Source: Octopus vulgaris (Eukaryota). From it: DNA of 64,000 nucleotides. Under the pieces are notes generated by a model that saw nothing but the letters and a program-made list of their open reading frames with translations, was not told the DNA's origin and did not search any database. Made by a program: the position numbers and the translations under genes. This document shows positions 1 through 12,314 of this stretch, piece by piece; the stretch's first letter is position 1, and each line of letters begins with the position of its first letter. The stretch is from positions 22,568,001 through 22,632,000 of the forward strand of contig OX597831.1 of assembly GCA_951406725.2 (NCBI GenBank). Reading direction: 5' to 3'.

Positions 1-731
1 CACAAGACCAAATCCTCCCCACCAGAAATTACCAAAAACATGTAATGAAAAGAAATATTACAAGTAACTGCAGAATATGTGGAGATGGACAAGAAACAAT
101 AAATCATATTATCTCTAGCTGCCCAGTCCTGGCCAAGAAGGAATATATTCACAGACATGACAGAGTTGGAACCTACATACATTGGAAGCTATGCCAACAT
201 TATGGAATAACAACAGAAAAAAGATGGTATAGGCACACACCAGAATAGGTCACAGAAAACGAGAAAGCAACCATACTCTGGGATATGCCGATACACACAG
301 ATAGAGAAATTAAAGCCAACAGACCAGATATAGTTGTCAGAGATCATGAAGAAAAAAATGCTTTCTAATTGATGTATCAATACCGGCAGATGACAACGTG
401 TCTCTAAAAGAAATGGAGAAACTCTCAAAATACAAAGACCTGGAAATAGAGGTAACTAGAATGTGGAACCTGAAAACAGAAACAATTCCTATCATAGTAG
501 GTGCATTAGGCATGATAAAAAAATATTCAGACAAATACATAACAAAAACACCAGGACTTACAAACACATATAACATACAGAAAATTGCACTACTAAGCAC
601 TGCACACATCCTACGCAGAACACTTTCCATACAATAACCATCAGAGCATCACAACAAATCACAGCACATACCCAAGGCACACAGAGCTGCGCTCGGTAGT
701 GAAGTGAAAGCACGGTATAAAAATAAAACTA

Positions 732-735
<4 letters not shown>
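1..735 (+). mobile_element. 3' end of R4/Dong-clade (RLE-type) non-LTR retrotransposon, disrupted ORF plus 3' UTR
   Basis: Translation QDQILPTRNY...CRICGDGQETINHIISSC (CCHC knuckle), RHD, NRPDIVV...LIDVSIP...EKLSKY (PD-D/ExK restriction-like endonuclease), ending TAHILRRTLSIQ* at 637. In-frame TAG at 246-248 and a frameshift in the A-run near 352-358. The 3' UTR runs directly into (AAT)n at 735-785. Confidence 0.92.
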
Positions 736-787
<52 letters not shown>

Positions 788-789
788 TT

Positions 790-1630
790 CTTTTTATTAT
801 AGGTACCAGACCTGAAATTTTTGGGGAAAGGGCAAGTCAATGTAACAGACTCCAGTACATAACTGGTACTTTTTTTTATCGACTCCGAACTGATAAAAGA
901 GGTAAAGTCGACCTCGATGGTTTTGAGCTCAAAAGAAAAGAACTTGGAAGAAATGTTGCTGGGCATTTTGTCCGACGCACTAACGATTCAGTCAGCTCAT
1001 TGTCGCAAATGTTTTCTGATGTAGGTACAAGGCTGGATCTTTCAAAGTAGGGGGAATTTTTAGTCGATATAATCGACAGGTACTTGACTGGCACTTTATT
1101 TCATCAATCCTGGAAAGTTGAAAGATGCACTTGGTCCCGGCGAGAACTGAACTTAGAATGTAAAAAAAGACAGAAGAAATGCCTATTTCTTTATTACCCA
1201 CAAGGGGCTAAACACAGAGGGGACAAACAAGGACAGACATAGGTATTAAGTCAATTACATTGACTCCAGTGCGTAACTGGTACTTCATTTATCGACCCCG
1301 AAAGGATGAAAGGCAAAGTCGACCTCGGCGGTTTTGACTTCAGAAGAAAAGAACTTGGAAGAAATGTTGCTGGGCATTTTGTCCGACGCGCTAACGATTC
1401 AGTCAGCTCATCGTCGCAAATGTTTTTCTGATGTAGGTACAAGGCTGGATCTTTCAAAGTAGGGGGAATTTTAGTCGATATAATCGACGGCTACTTGACT
1501 GGCACTTTATTTTATATCAATCCTGGAAAGATGAAAGATGCACTTGGTCCCTGCGAGAACTGAACTTAGAATGTAAAAAAAAGACAGAAGAAATGCCGTG
1601 AAGCGTTTTATCCGATGGTCAACTATTTCT
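790..1630 (-). mobile_element. Cluster of tRNA-derived SINE copies with GCCTTTCATCCTTTCGGGGTCGATAAA central domain (MetaSINE-like), including a local duplication
   Basis: Reverse complement of the central domain at 1288-1330. Segment 901-1183 is repeated at 1313-1597. Confidence 0.75.
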
Positions 1631-2675
1631 GCTTTTTTTCGAATGAAACGCAATTACTTAGCAATAGATATTGAAAGGTGTCATATTTCTTAAGATTTAT
1701 CTTCTTCACCAGACAACGGGAAAATATTTTTAATGTGTCTTCAGAGAAAGCTTCGATAAATAAATAAAGAAATAAAGGAAGGAAGGAAGGAAGGAAGGAA
1801 AGAAGGAAAGAAGGGAAGGAGGGAGGGAGGGAGGGAGGGAGTCAAAGAGGAGCAATTACTTTAAGGCCGCTACAACGTCTTAAATCAAACATGGAAGTTA
1901 GAAATATGCGTCACAAACGACAACAACAATAACAACAGCTTTAAATTAATGTAATAAATAACAATATCAAAAACAACAACAACATTATTATGGAGTGAAT
2001 AAATCTAATGAAAAAAATAAATGAATGAAATGCGGAGTAATAAAAAATTTAATTAATGGTTTCCTTTATTGGCTACGAGGGGGCACTTGCGACCTCCGCA
2101 ACCAATAAACGAAAAGATTAAAAGGACACAAATGCGGAAAGTGGGGTGTGTTGTGTTTTTGTTTTTTTTTTTAAAGAATTCAGAATCAAGAAAAAAAAGT
2201 ATAAAAACATAGAAATATACAAGCAGTACACCTAGTCGTCAATCAGGAATGAGTTTGGTTCAGTAAAGTTTACTACGATTTGTTTTAGGTGCTTATGTAC
2301 TCGGAAACAGATGAGCGTACTCGATGTGAAAGCTAGAGAGGGAGAGGCCTGCATCAACACTCGGTTGCGCTGCTCATTTGCAGATGAATAGACTGGAGCT
2401 GAGTGAGATGAAGTGTTTTGCTCAAGGACTTGAGCACACGACATTATGATCGTGAACCACACCCAGTAACCTCTAGGCCGGGCATCGCCACATAAAGAAC
2501 GAAGCAAAAACCAAACAAACAAACAAACAAAACAGCACAAGCGTGGTTGTGTTGTTACGAAGACAGCTTCGCAGCCATGCAGTCTAAGGTTCAGTCCTAC
2601 TGAGTGACACCATGGAAATTACATTATTTACATTATTTACATTCGACGATATTTGTCCTCGTCTTGTTTGTTGTT

Positions 2676-2721
2676 AACACAACGTTTCGGCTGATATACC
2701 CTCCAGCCTTCATCAGGTGTC
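2676..2721 (-). ncRNA. Minimal type I hammerhead ribozyme motif
   Basis: GACAC-CUGAUGA-A-GGCUG(loop)CAGCC-GAAA-CG-UU-GUGUU. Stem I GACAC/GUGUU, stem II 5 bp, helix III reduced to the AACGUU palindrome. Confidence 0.8.
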
Positions 2722-2802
2722 TTGGGGAAATTTCGAACCTGGGTCCTCATTCCTAAGGTATTTTGTGATGTTGTTATTATCCTTATCATTATTATTATCA
2801 TT

Positions 2803-3125
2803 GTGAGGGCGCGTGGCTTAGTGGTTAGGGCATTCGGCTCATGATCGTAAGGTTGTGAGTTCGATTCCCGGCGACGCGTTGTGTCCTTGAGCAAGACACT
2901 TTAGTTCACGTTGCTCCAGTCCACTCAGCTGGCAAAAATGAGTTGTACTTGTATTTCAAAGGGTCAGCCTTGTCACTCTCTGTGTCACGCTGATTATCCC
3001 CGAGAACTACGTTAAGGGTACACGTGTCCGTGGAATGCTCGGCCATTTGCATGTTAATTTCACGAGCAAGCTGTTCCGTTGATCGTATCAGCTGGGACCC
3101 TCGTCGTCGTAACCGGCGGAGTCTT
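2803..3125 (+). mobile_element. tRNA-derived SINE (head A + tail X; octopus OK/OR-type)
   Basis: A box TGGCTTAGTGG, B box GTTCGATTCC, TGTGTCCTTGAGCAAGACAC core. TSD ATTATTATCATT at 2791-2802 and 3130-3141. Near-identical copy at 53612-53940. Confidence 0.88.
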
Positions 3126-3350
3126 TTAAATTATTATCATTATTATTTTTATTATTATTATTCAGCTCACTGCCTGGAATCGAACTCGGAAACTTGGGGT
3201 TGGTTAGTAGCCCGCGCTCTTAACCCCAAAATTCCGAGTTCGATTCCAAGTAGTGACCTGAACACTAACAACGACAAAAACAATAATGATGATAATAATA
3301 ATAATGATGATGATGATGATGATGATGATGATAATAATAATAATAATAAC

Positions 3351-3399
<49 letters not shown>

Positions 3400-3444
3400 T
3401 CGAAAAATACCTAGGAATGAGAACCCAGATTCGAAATTTCCCGG

Positions 3445-3600
3445 CGTTTTCTTTGTCTTTACGTTCGGATCCCGTCAAGGTCGACTTTGCCTTTCATCCT
3501 TTCGGGGTCGATAAATTAAGTACCAGTTGTTTACTGGGGTCGATCTAAACGACTGGTTCCCTCCCCCAAAATTCCGGGCCTTGTGCCTAGATTAGAAAAG
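3445..3600 (+). mobile_element. 5'-truncated MetaSINE-like copy
   Basis: GTCGACTTTGCCTTTCATCCTTTCGGGGTCGATAAATTAAGTACCAG at 3480-3526. Confidence 0.75.
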
Positions 3601-4366
3601 AATACGAACTTCCTTTTTTACAGTGATTTGAATTAAAACTTTCCCTAAGAATTTCATGTTCAATTTATATTTCCAAACACCAGCTTAATGACAAATTGAC
3701 TCTACTAAATTCTTCATAATTTTCAAAATTAATTGAAACGAAGGCTGTGTTTCCACAGAAGTATAGGGACGAAGGGGTTAATGGAATTACAACCTTGCAC
3801 CTCCTCACACAATGTGAAACTCTATCGGAGTGAACTCTAGTGCAACTATTTGCTGCAGGTCTCCGGTTTGGGGATGCAATTTTTCCGTCCTTCCCATTAA
3901 TCCCAGTAACTCAATGAAGAACCATGGTTAACGCCTATCACCCCTGTTTTGTTAAATAATATTTTTTTTAAATGTTGATTGAAATTATTTCCCCTTTATA
4001 CATTAATATATACCCTCAAGTACCTTAGCACGTAGCTTTAATGATCTCTGTGACCCCCGAATATTAGAGGAGATAATAAAAAAAACCAGCTATTTTATTT
4101 ATACTACACATTCCTATTACTATTGCTACCTACATAGAACAATATGAAACAACTAAAACAACCTCCAGCTCCGCTCCAATAATAGCAATAAGGAAATCAG
4201 CCAGAACAAGATCATTTGATTAACGGTTCGATTCACACAGCACCAATATATATGCTCAGATGTGCGTGTGTGTATGTATGTGTGTGTGTATGTATGTGTG
4301 TGTGTATGTAGTTGTGTATGGTGGTGTATATATGTACATATATATATATATATGTACATATATATG

Positions 4367-4427
<61 letters not shown>

Positions 4428-4788
4428 GTATGTATATATATATGTGTATATATATATATATATGTGCGTATCTGTGTATATGCGTGTATCTATCTAGCTT
4501 CCTAGTTGTGTGTGTATATATACATATATATGCGTGCGTGTGTGTGTGTGTGTGTGTTCGACAATATTTTGATTAGATTTTCGGCTGTCTCCCAATATTC
4601 CAGACACCTGTTGTGAGATTCAATTTCATCTGACAGATATACTTACCTAGTTAATGGGAAATATTGTATATGCATGTGTGTGTGTGCATGTGTGTGTGTG
4701 CTTGCGTCCGTGTGCATTCGTGTGTGTATTTGTGTATGTGTACTCAGTATATATATATAAATATATATATATATGTGTATATATATAT

Positions 4789-4865
<77 letters not shown>

Positions 4866-5165
4866 TATACAAGTGAATACGTATATACAGCGTGCCAGCG
4901 GGAAAACCGGAAAAATGTTATATGTTGCAGGGAGAAATTGCTTACTGCGTATTTTGCAGGTAATCAGATGATGGTCAGTATATTTCTATTGTTACAAAAC
5001 TTTTCCTTGTTTTACTTCTATTAGAAACCTTCCATGTCCCACTTTGTCAAATATTAAATACTGTATCAAATGAAATACAATCGTGTATATATATATATGT
5101 CTGTGTGTGTGTTTATGAATTTGTGTTGCGATATATATATATATATATAAATGTATGTATATATA

Positions 5166-5534
5166 CAGGGTGATTCAAAAGTCGCCATACATAGGAGCAA
5201 TTTATTTCTTTATAAGAAACAGTTTATAAATTTATTTTTTTTATTTAACAGGCTCTATATGGTTACCATTGTTTTGAATACATATTGCAATACGTTTACC
5301 CAACTCATTGTGAACTCGTAATAGCACATCTGGTGATATGTGTGCAAATGAGTTGGCGATGCGTTCCTTCAAATGATTGATGTCTTTTATCTTTCTGCGA
5401 TACACCATGCCTTTCAGATGCTCCCAAAGATAGAAATCAAAAGTGGTCAGATCAGGGGATCTTGGGAGTCTTACAGACTGTTTCGTATAAAAGAATCAAT
5501 TTTTCCTATGTATGGAGACTTTTGAATCGCCTTG
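5166..5534 (-). mobile_element. Internally deleted Tc1/mariner-superfamily (maT/rosa-like) DNA transposon
   Basis: About 65-bp terminal inverted repeats (CAGGGTGATTCAAAAGTCGCCATACATAGG / CCTATGTATGGAGACTTTTGAATCGCCTTG), with TA at the left end. The minus strand encodes PRSPDLTTFDFYLWEHLKGMVY...GNHIEPVK*. Confidence 0.85.
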
Positions 5535-6026
5535 CATATGTATGTATGCATGTATGTATGTATGTATGTATGTATGTATGTATGTATGTATGTATGTATG
5601 TATGTATGTATGTATGTGTGTATGTATGTATGTATGTATGTATGAATATATGTATGTATGTATGTATGTATGTGTGTATGTACGTATGTATGTATAGATG
5701 TATGTATGTATGTATGTATGTATGTATGTATGTATGTATGTACGTACGTACGTATGTATGTATATATGTATGTATGTATGTATGTATGCATGTATGTACG
5801 TACGTACGTATGTATGTATGTATGTATGTATGTATGTATGTATATATGTATGTATGTATCGTACGTTCAATAATCCAATAACGTTGTCTGTCCAATGCTT
5901 TTGTACACTTAGTAAGAACGGTAATGCTGATTCATCAACGAGAGGTGTCGAATGCTTGATTCTGATGGAACCTACCCCGACACATACGAACATGAAACAA
6001 ATCTTTGTGAAACTTTGTGTGTTACA

Positions 6027-6093
6027 TTGTGTGTCACATGAAACTTGTGTGTCACATGAAACTTGTGTGTCACATGAAACTTGTGTGTCACAT
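6027..6093. repeat. 18-bp tandem repeat TTGTGTGTCACATGAAAC, about 3.7 copies
   Basis: Directly visible. Confidence 0.9.
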
Positions 6094-6388
6094 TGTTGGG
6101 ACCCGAGCTCATAGTTATAAGTCGTAGGAAATGGAAGAATTACATTGATAACCCCAAATTATTAGGGCTGAGTGTCTCGTTGATCCTTACTGAAATTAGA
6201 AAGAGACAATACTACTGACAGTGTCTAAATGCATTGTGGATAACAAAATCATTTTTATACATCAATTATTTGCTATTTGCAAGGTTGGTGTCAGAAATGA
6301 CATCTTCAGTGCCAAGGGAGAGGCTGTTTTATGCCTGATATATTCGATTATAGAGCCTTATTTTTAGGAAAACATTTTTGTCATTTAC

Positions 6389-6583
6389 CTGACTGTGAGC
6401 AGATGTTCACTAATTTTGGACGTGGGGCACTGAAGCCCGCTTCTTTGAAGAAATTGGTCACACTCGTGTGTACCATGGTTCCATTGGCTGGGATTAGCCA
6501 TTTATTTTGACTCAGACAACGATGATGGTAGAATTCTTTTATTTGCAGAGATTCAATAAACATATTCCTGCCTGGAATGGTAT
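6389..6583 (-). CDS. Candidate internal exon (195 nt, phase 1-1) of an unidentified gene
   Basis: ttatttatcag acceptor and G/gtaaat donor. Open frame TIPGRNMFIESLQIKEFYHHRCLSQNKWLIPANGTMVHTSVTNFFKEAGFSAPRPKLVNICSQS in non-repetitive sequence. Confidence 0.4.
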
Positions 6584-6962
6584 CTGATAAATAAGCAGCA
6601 CATGCGATGAATATAAAGTCACGAAAGACAGTATTTTCAGGTTGGGCTTTTCTACCAAATCTCGCTGCTCCTGATCGTAAACCAAAAACTTTGATTTGAA
6701 AGAAACAATCATCTCATCGAAGTATGCAAAACCAATTCTGCTTGTTCGAAGACAAATTCTTCATACTTATCTGACACAGGTGAGTACATTTCCGTAACGC
6801 TCAAGAAGAGCTTTGCTGGGATATCTTGGCAGGGAATGGTGCAATGCACGGGAACTGTGTGTGAGTTTATATATGGAAATGAAATAATTTAACGTATGCG
6901 TGCAGAGAGAGCGAAGAGTAAATGCATGTATATGCATTTATCTATATATGCATGTAGCTATT

Positions 6963-7250
6963 CGTGGAGGCGCGTGGCTTAGTGGTTAGGGTGTCAGCAA
7001 GTGGAGGCGCGTGGCTTGGTAGTTAGGGTGTCAGCATCCTGATCGTAAGATTGTGGTTTCGATTCCTGGACCGGGTGACGCGTTGTGTTCTTGAGCAAAA
7101 CACTTCATTTCACGTTGCTCCAGTCCACTCAGCTGGCAAAATTGAGTAAGGCTGCGATGCACTGGAGTCCCGTCCAGCTGGGGAACACATACGCCATTGA
7201 AATTGGGATACCGGGCCCATAAGCCTGGCTAGGCTTTAAAAGGGCGCATT
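6963..7250 (+). mobile_element. tRNA-derived SINE (head A + tail Y), with duplicated 5' end
   Basis: GTGGAGGCGCGTGGCTTAGTGGTTAGGGTGTCAGCA occurs twice. Core TGTGTTCTTGAGCAAAACAC; tail GTCCCGTCCAGCTGGGGAAC. Confidence 0.82.
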
Positions 7251-7302
7251 TATATTTATTAGGTAGCTAGTACGTGAGAGATAGTGAGAGAGAGAGAGAG
7301 AA

Positions 7303-7383
<81 letters not shown>

Positions 7384-7874
7384 TTTCTTCTTTATCAATA
7401 CAATGGCAATGGATTTTTACCCTAGCGGTGTCCATATTATAAATAGTTACTGACAATTTCCACCGTATTTCATACAAATAAATTGATGCAACTTCAATAA
7501 TTTCTTGTGCTTCTTGTTCCAAGACAGAATTTATCGAACTTCAGCTGGTTATGAACAATACTGAGAGTAACGCAGATCGATCAATTGACTTAGCCATCAT
7601 TTCATTACATTTAACAGGGATTTCATCAATATTAGGGGTTGCCAATTTCGCTACCACTTTTATTAATATATATTAGCCACAGAGGCCGTATTAATACTGG
7701 GAGGTAATAGGTATCCCCACTTAAACCCGAATGTGGTAGGCACCGTGACAGAAACCCTCATATTGGCTTTTGGTGCAAAATATTCTCTTGCTTATATAGC
7801 TAGCGGAGATCTATCTCTACGCTACCTCCAGCGTCGAGACCAGCAGATCATGTGATTTCGACTTTGTTTGGCCT

Positions 7875-8110
7875 TACTCTTTACTTGTTTCAGTAATTTT
7901 GACTGCGACCTTGCTGTAGCACTGCCTTTAGTCGATCAAATCGTCCCCAGGGCTTATTCTTTGTAAGCCTAGTACTTATTCTATCGGTCTCTTTTGCCGA
8001 ACCGCTAAGTTACGGGGACATAAACACATCGGTTTACAGCATCGGTTGTCAAGCGATGTTGGGGGTACAAACACAGACACACAGACACACACACATATAT
8101 ATATATACAT

Positions 8111-8165
<55 letters not shown>

Positions 8166-8561
8166 AAGTAGTTGAATGAATTATCCTAGTATGGATAATT
8201 CGGTTAACCGATACCCGGGTAGCAAATTCACGTCAGAAAAACACGGTTAAAGCTACATGCCAAGGGCAGAGATCACGTGCTTTCGTGTGGAAATTTGTGT
8301 GTTTTTTTTAATACAAATAAATAAAGAATGGAGTTGAACGACGATTTAACCAAATTCCTTTATTCTCGACATATGTTTCGAATACTGCATATTCCTAATT
8401 TCGAAGGAATAAGGGGTGCATTATGCCGCCTTCTCATCAGGAAGGATGAGAAGGCGGCATAATGCACCCCTTATTCCTTCGAAATTAGGAATATGCAGTC
8501 TTCGAAACATATGTCGAGAATAAAGGAATTTTGTTAAATCGTCGTTCAACTCCATTCATTC

Positions 8562-8611
<50 letters not shown>

Positions 8612-8753
8612 GACGGGCTTCTTTCAGTTTCCGTCTACCAAATCCACTCGCAAGGCTTTGGTCGGCCCGACGCTATAGTAGAAGACAGTGGGACTGAACC
8701 CGGAACCTTGTTGTTGGTAAGAAAGCTACTTACCACGCAGCTGCTCCTGCGCC
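7875..8753 (-). mobile_element. Abundant SINE (GGCGCAGGAGTGGCTGTGTGGTAAG family), interrupted in its internal microsatellite by a fold-back HHR element
   Basis: Tail at 7875-8090 and head at 8610-8753 match the full copy at 40519-40935. Confidence 0.85.
8162..8569 (-). mobile_element. Penelope-like pseudo-LTR fold-back element with HHR, inserted in (TA)n
   Basis: Inverted arms 8315-8438 and 8445-8569 with a 6-nt spacer. Minus-strand HHR at 8365-8443: UUC-CUGAUGA-long stem II-GAAA-CAUAUG-UC-GAG. Confidence 0.72.
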
Positions 8754-8951
8754 TTGTCAGTAAGGGACGCTCAGCTTCTAGATTCAGCAACGATTCATCT
8801 CCCCATCAGCGGTAGAACAGTGGCAGAACAAGCATTGGTGTAGCGATTAGCCAGTGAGTTTGTTAAATATATATATGTCCTGCGTTGCTGTGTTTTTTTC
8901 TCATTTTTTCTCTTTTTTTTCTCCTTTTTTTCTGTTTTCTTGTTTGGATTA

Positions 8952-9011
<60 letters not shown>

Positions 9012-11047
9012 GAATATTATTCCAAACTTACAGGGAAAAATTCAGTTTAGAAATACTAAATCAAATTTCACAAAATATAATATATATTATCAATTCAATA
9101 ATGAAAAATTAAATTATACCATTTAGAAAAATTACACCTTATAGAAAGATTAAATATAAGATAAAACATATAACGATGATATTAAGTAATGTGCAAAATA
9201 ATGAATAAAACGCATATATTTGGTAGAATAACAAATATATATATATATATATATTAGCGATAGTGGAAGTTTTATTTATTTATATAGAAGTTGTACGAAT
9301 AGGGCGTCTTTTATTTACTTGTGTTGTTGGTATTTATTACCACAAGTCTCCTGCTTCCATCTTTACCTGTCTTTTTTTCCGGATGCTGCTGTTGGAAACA
9401 TATTTTTTACTCTTCCAAATGAATGAGGATATTGGAAATTTTTCGGAAGTTTACACCAACTTATGCTTCAACATCTTCCAGCGTATCGTTTACCTAGCAC
9501 CAAATGGCACTCTTGTAGACGGAATCTCATGATAGCCTCTTTGTTTCACGTTTGCAACATAGGTTTCACACAAAAGGATGTTTAATGGATATTGAGAATT
9601 TGTGATTGATCTTCCCACACCCGAGAAATTTTACATATTAATAGATCGATTTTGTATTTTATTGAGTTAAATGTGAATTAAAATAATAGTCCATTGACTA
9701 CAATATGTATAAAGGTATTAGGTAATCTCTAACAACCCATATAATAAATATAACGATAATGTATATTTTCTCTTTTTATAAACGATAAAGTGTTTTACTT
9801 CCAAATAATGATAATGTACTTTGTAATGTGTGTGCTGCTTGTGGTTTAGCATAAAAATAAATAATCGAAAACAGTACACATACCTTAGTTTTAAAACAGC
9901 ACCAAATATGTGATGGTGTGTTACTTTGAAAGGAAAAAAATAATTCATCAAACACGATATAGTCTTTGAAAATTGATCGCTCTCAAGAGAGAGTCTGAGA
10001 GAGAGAGGGACAAGTTGAGTGGGGAACACATATTTTTATATTATAAATGTTTAATTTAGCTTCTTTCTATATCTCAAATCTTTGCAATAAGGAACTACGT
10101 GTCAGTTTGTGGATAGAAATAGGATAATTTAGCTTATATGTGAAGAAAAAACGAAGTATAAGGTGCGTATGTAGGCATTTATGTAGGCATTTTAGCAGGG
10201 CTAAAACTATCAGCGGTAGTTATGTTGAAGTGAAAGAATCATTGCTGTTAAAGAGGAAACCGAGAAACAGGAACACCAGAGATTTTGTTTTATTCCGAGA
10301 GGGTCATTGTGCAAAAATGAACACAGGCATTGGTTATATTTTGCTTCTTCATTTTTTGCCAATTTATTAACTAGTTAACCAACTAATTAATTGGTGGCTC
10401 TATTAATCATTCGGTTAATCACTCAATCAGTCATTTTTTGACTAAGTCCTCTCGTCGCCATCACGACCTCCTCAATGACGCGCCCGCTCTGACTGTCTCT
10501 TAGCTTTCTTGTTAAAGTCCCACAAATAATGAGATACAAGTGAGAAACTAGATATCTAACTTTTAACCACGAATAATATTTTTAAATTATGTCCAAGAGA
10601 AAAAGAGTAACAATCTTAAATTTAGAGGAACACAAATTGCACCAAAGCAAAACAGAAAGTACAGCCGTTTCAGCTGCGGAAAACAAATACATTTAAAGCT
10701 CCTCCCTCCCCAAATAATACCAGATTTACTTCTAATAATCACCAATGTGACAAACTTTTGGGAGCATCTCTTTGCATCTCTTTCAACAATACTTAACGGA
10801 AACTTATTCTATGGACTATGGAATATTGAAACATAAATTTCAATCCGGCAAGATTTGAACTTGAAAGCTAAGATTTCGTATGCCAAATATTATTTCAATG
10901 CAAAGGCTGAAGACTGGCATTCCACAACTTCTGACAATATCTTCTTTTACTTGTTTCAATCATTGGACTATAGTGATGATGGGGCACCATTTTGAAGGGT
11001 TTTAGTCCGAGAAATTGATCTTAATATTTATTGAGAAGGCGAGCCAG

Positions 11048-11110
11048 TTCTCTGTAGTATAGTGGTAAGTACATTCGCCTGTCACTCGGAAGACTAGGGC
11101 CTGATCCCCA
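11048..11110 (+). pseudogene. Degenerate tRNA-Asp(GTC)-derived sequence
   Basis: TTCTCTGTAGTATAGTGGTAAGTACATTCGCCTGTCACTCGGAAGACTAGGGCCTGATCCCC aligns to eukaryotic tRNA-Asp (TAGTATAGTGG, CGCCTGTCAC). The T-loop is mutated and the 3' acceptor strand is missing. Confidence 0.7.
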
Positions 11111-11144
11111 CCACCACCACCAGGTAGGTTATTATATTCTGAAG

Positions 11145-11560
11145 TCGGAGAGCTGACAATCGTTAGCACGCCGAGTGAGATGCTTTGCGGAGTTTCAGCC
11201 GTCTTTACGTTCTGAGATCAAATTCTGCCAGGGCCACCTTTGCCTTTTATTCTTTCGGGGTCGATGATATACGTACGAGTTGAATACTTGGGTCGATTTA
11301 ATCCACTTAACCCCCTCTTCCAAACCTACTAGCCTTGTGCCGAAATTTAAAACCAAAATTTATTTAAAGTATATTTTTTTTACGTTTTTAATGTTGCAAG
11401 TATGGAGGATCGTTAGTATGTCGCGCAAAATCCTTAGCGGCATTTCGCTCGTCTTTACGCCCTGGGTTCAAAATCTGCCGAGGTGGACTTTGTCTTCCAT
11501 TCTTTCGGAGTTGACAAAATAGGTACCATTTGAGAAATGAGGTTTGATGTAATCGACTAA
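11145..11560 (+). mobile_element. Two diverged MetaSINE-like copies
   Basis: ATCGTTAGCACGCC head and CTTTCGGGGTCGAT-type core, present twice. Confidence 0.7.
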
Positions 11561-11759
11561 CAACAGGAACAACATGAGAAGCAAAAACGATATAGTCAAT
11601 ACCAACAATAACAGCAACGATAGAAACAACTCCAATGCAGGAATAACAAAATTGCAGGAGCAAATCTCGCTGGAAAGAAAACATGCGTACCTGAAAGAAA
11701 CAGAAAAAACTCCTCAATAGAGGGGATAGCAAAACCAAGGATGCTATCCCTTCAGATGT

Positions 11760-12314
11760 GATGGAGAAGACGGCCTGAAGGACCATCATATACAGATGTG
11801 TCGTTAAAGATAAGGAATTTTTTTAACGCACCATACATCCAAGTAGAAAATTGTTTGAAGGGCATTTGGACTGATATTGATTTTCTCACACCAGGAAGAC
11901 AATAAGGGTCTGTGGAAGTGAGGTTCCTCACAGACGCACTGGCCCAAAAATACTCAATAGTCCAGTGCAAATAGGGGGGATCTTCTCCTTCCCACATGCT
12001 TTGGACAGCGGGTGGTGAAAGTTAAAACATCAGATGTGCCACCAGAATTAAACATTTGGTGGCTGGTTGCGTGCGCTGTGGTCGAAGGCCCGGATACGCT
12101 TCTAGAAATTAAAAAAATATTGGAAGAGGAACTGATTCGGAACGGAATCAAAACCGGGACTTTGATCCAGGTAAAACCGGAAACCCTGGACAAGGTCCCC
12201 GATCTTATCGAGCTGCCCAACGGAGCTCAACTCCAGGACGTTGTAGAAGGCAAAAAGCCAAGGTGTCACACTTGTGGGTCTAACACACATTTGAAGGTCC
12301 TCTGTCCACAATAA
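11760..12314 (+). mobile_element. Decayed LINE ORF1 (gag-like, L1/Tx1-type) with zinc knuckle
   Basis: VVEGKKPRCHTCGSNTHLKVLCPQ is a CX2CX4HX4C motif. Upstream GSVEVRFLTDALAQK is RRM-like and interrupted by stops. Confidence 0.68.

Larger units (their letters stand above)
2619..3225 (-). mobile_element. tRNA-headed SINE with (AAT)n linker and hammerhead-containing tail, split by a nested SINE
   Basis: Minus-strand head GGTTAAGAGCGCGGGCTACTAACC...GAGTTCGATTCC (B box) at 3160-3225. Tail 2619-2790 contains an HHR and terminal (TGTAAATAA)n. An inverted partial copy at 3221-3442 shows head and tail contiguous. Confidence 0.75.

Noticed and set aside
11048-11110. Functional tRNA-Asp gene
   Set aside because: The B box is mutated (GGCCTGATCC) and the acceptor stem cannot close.
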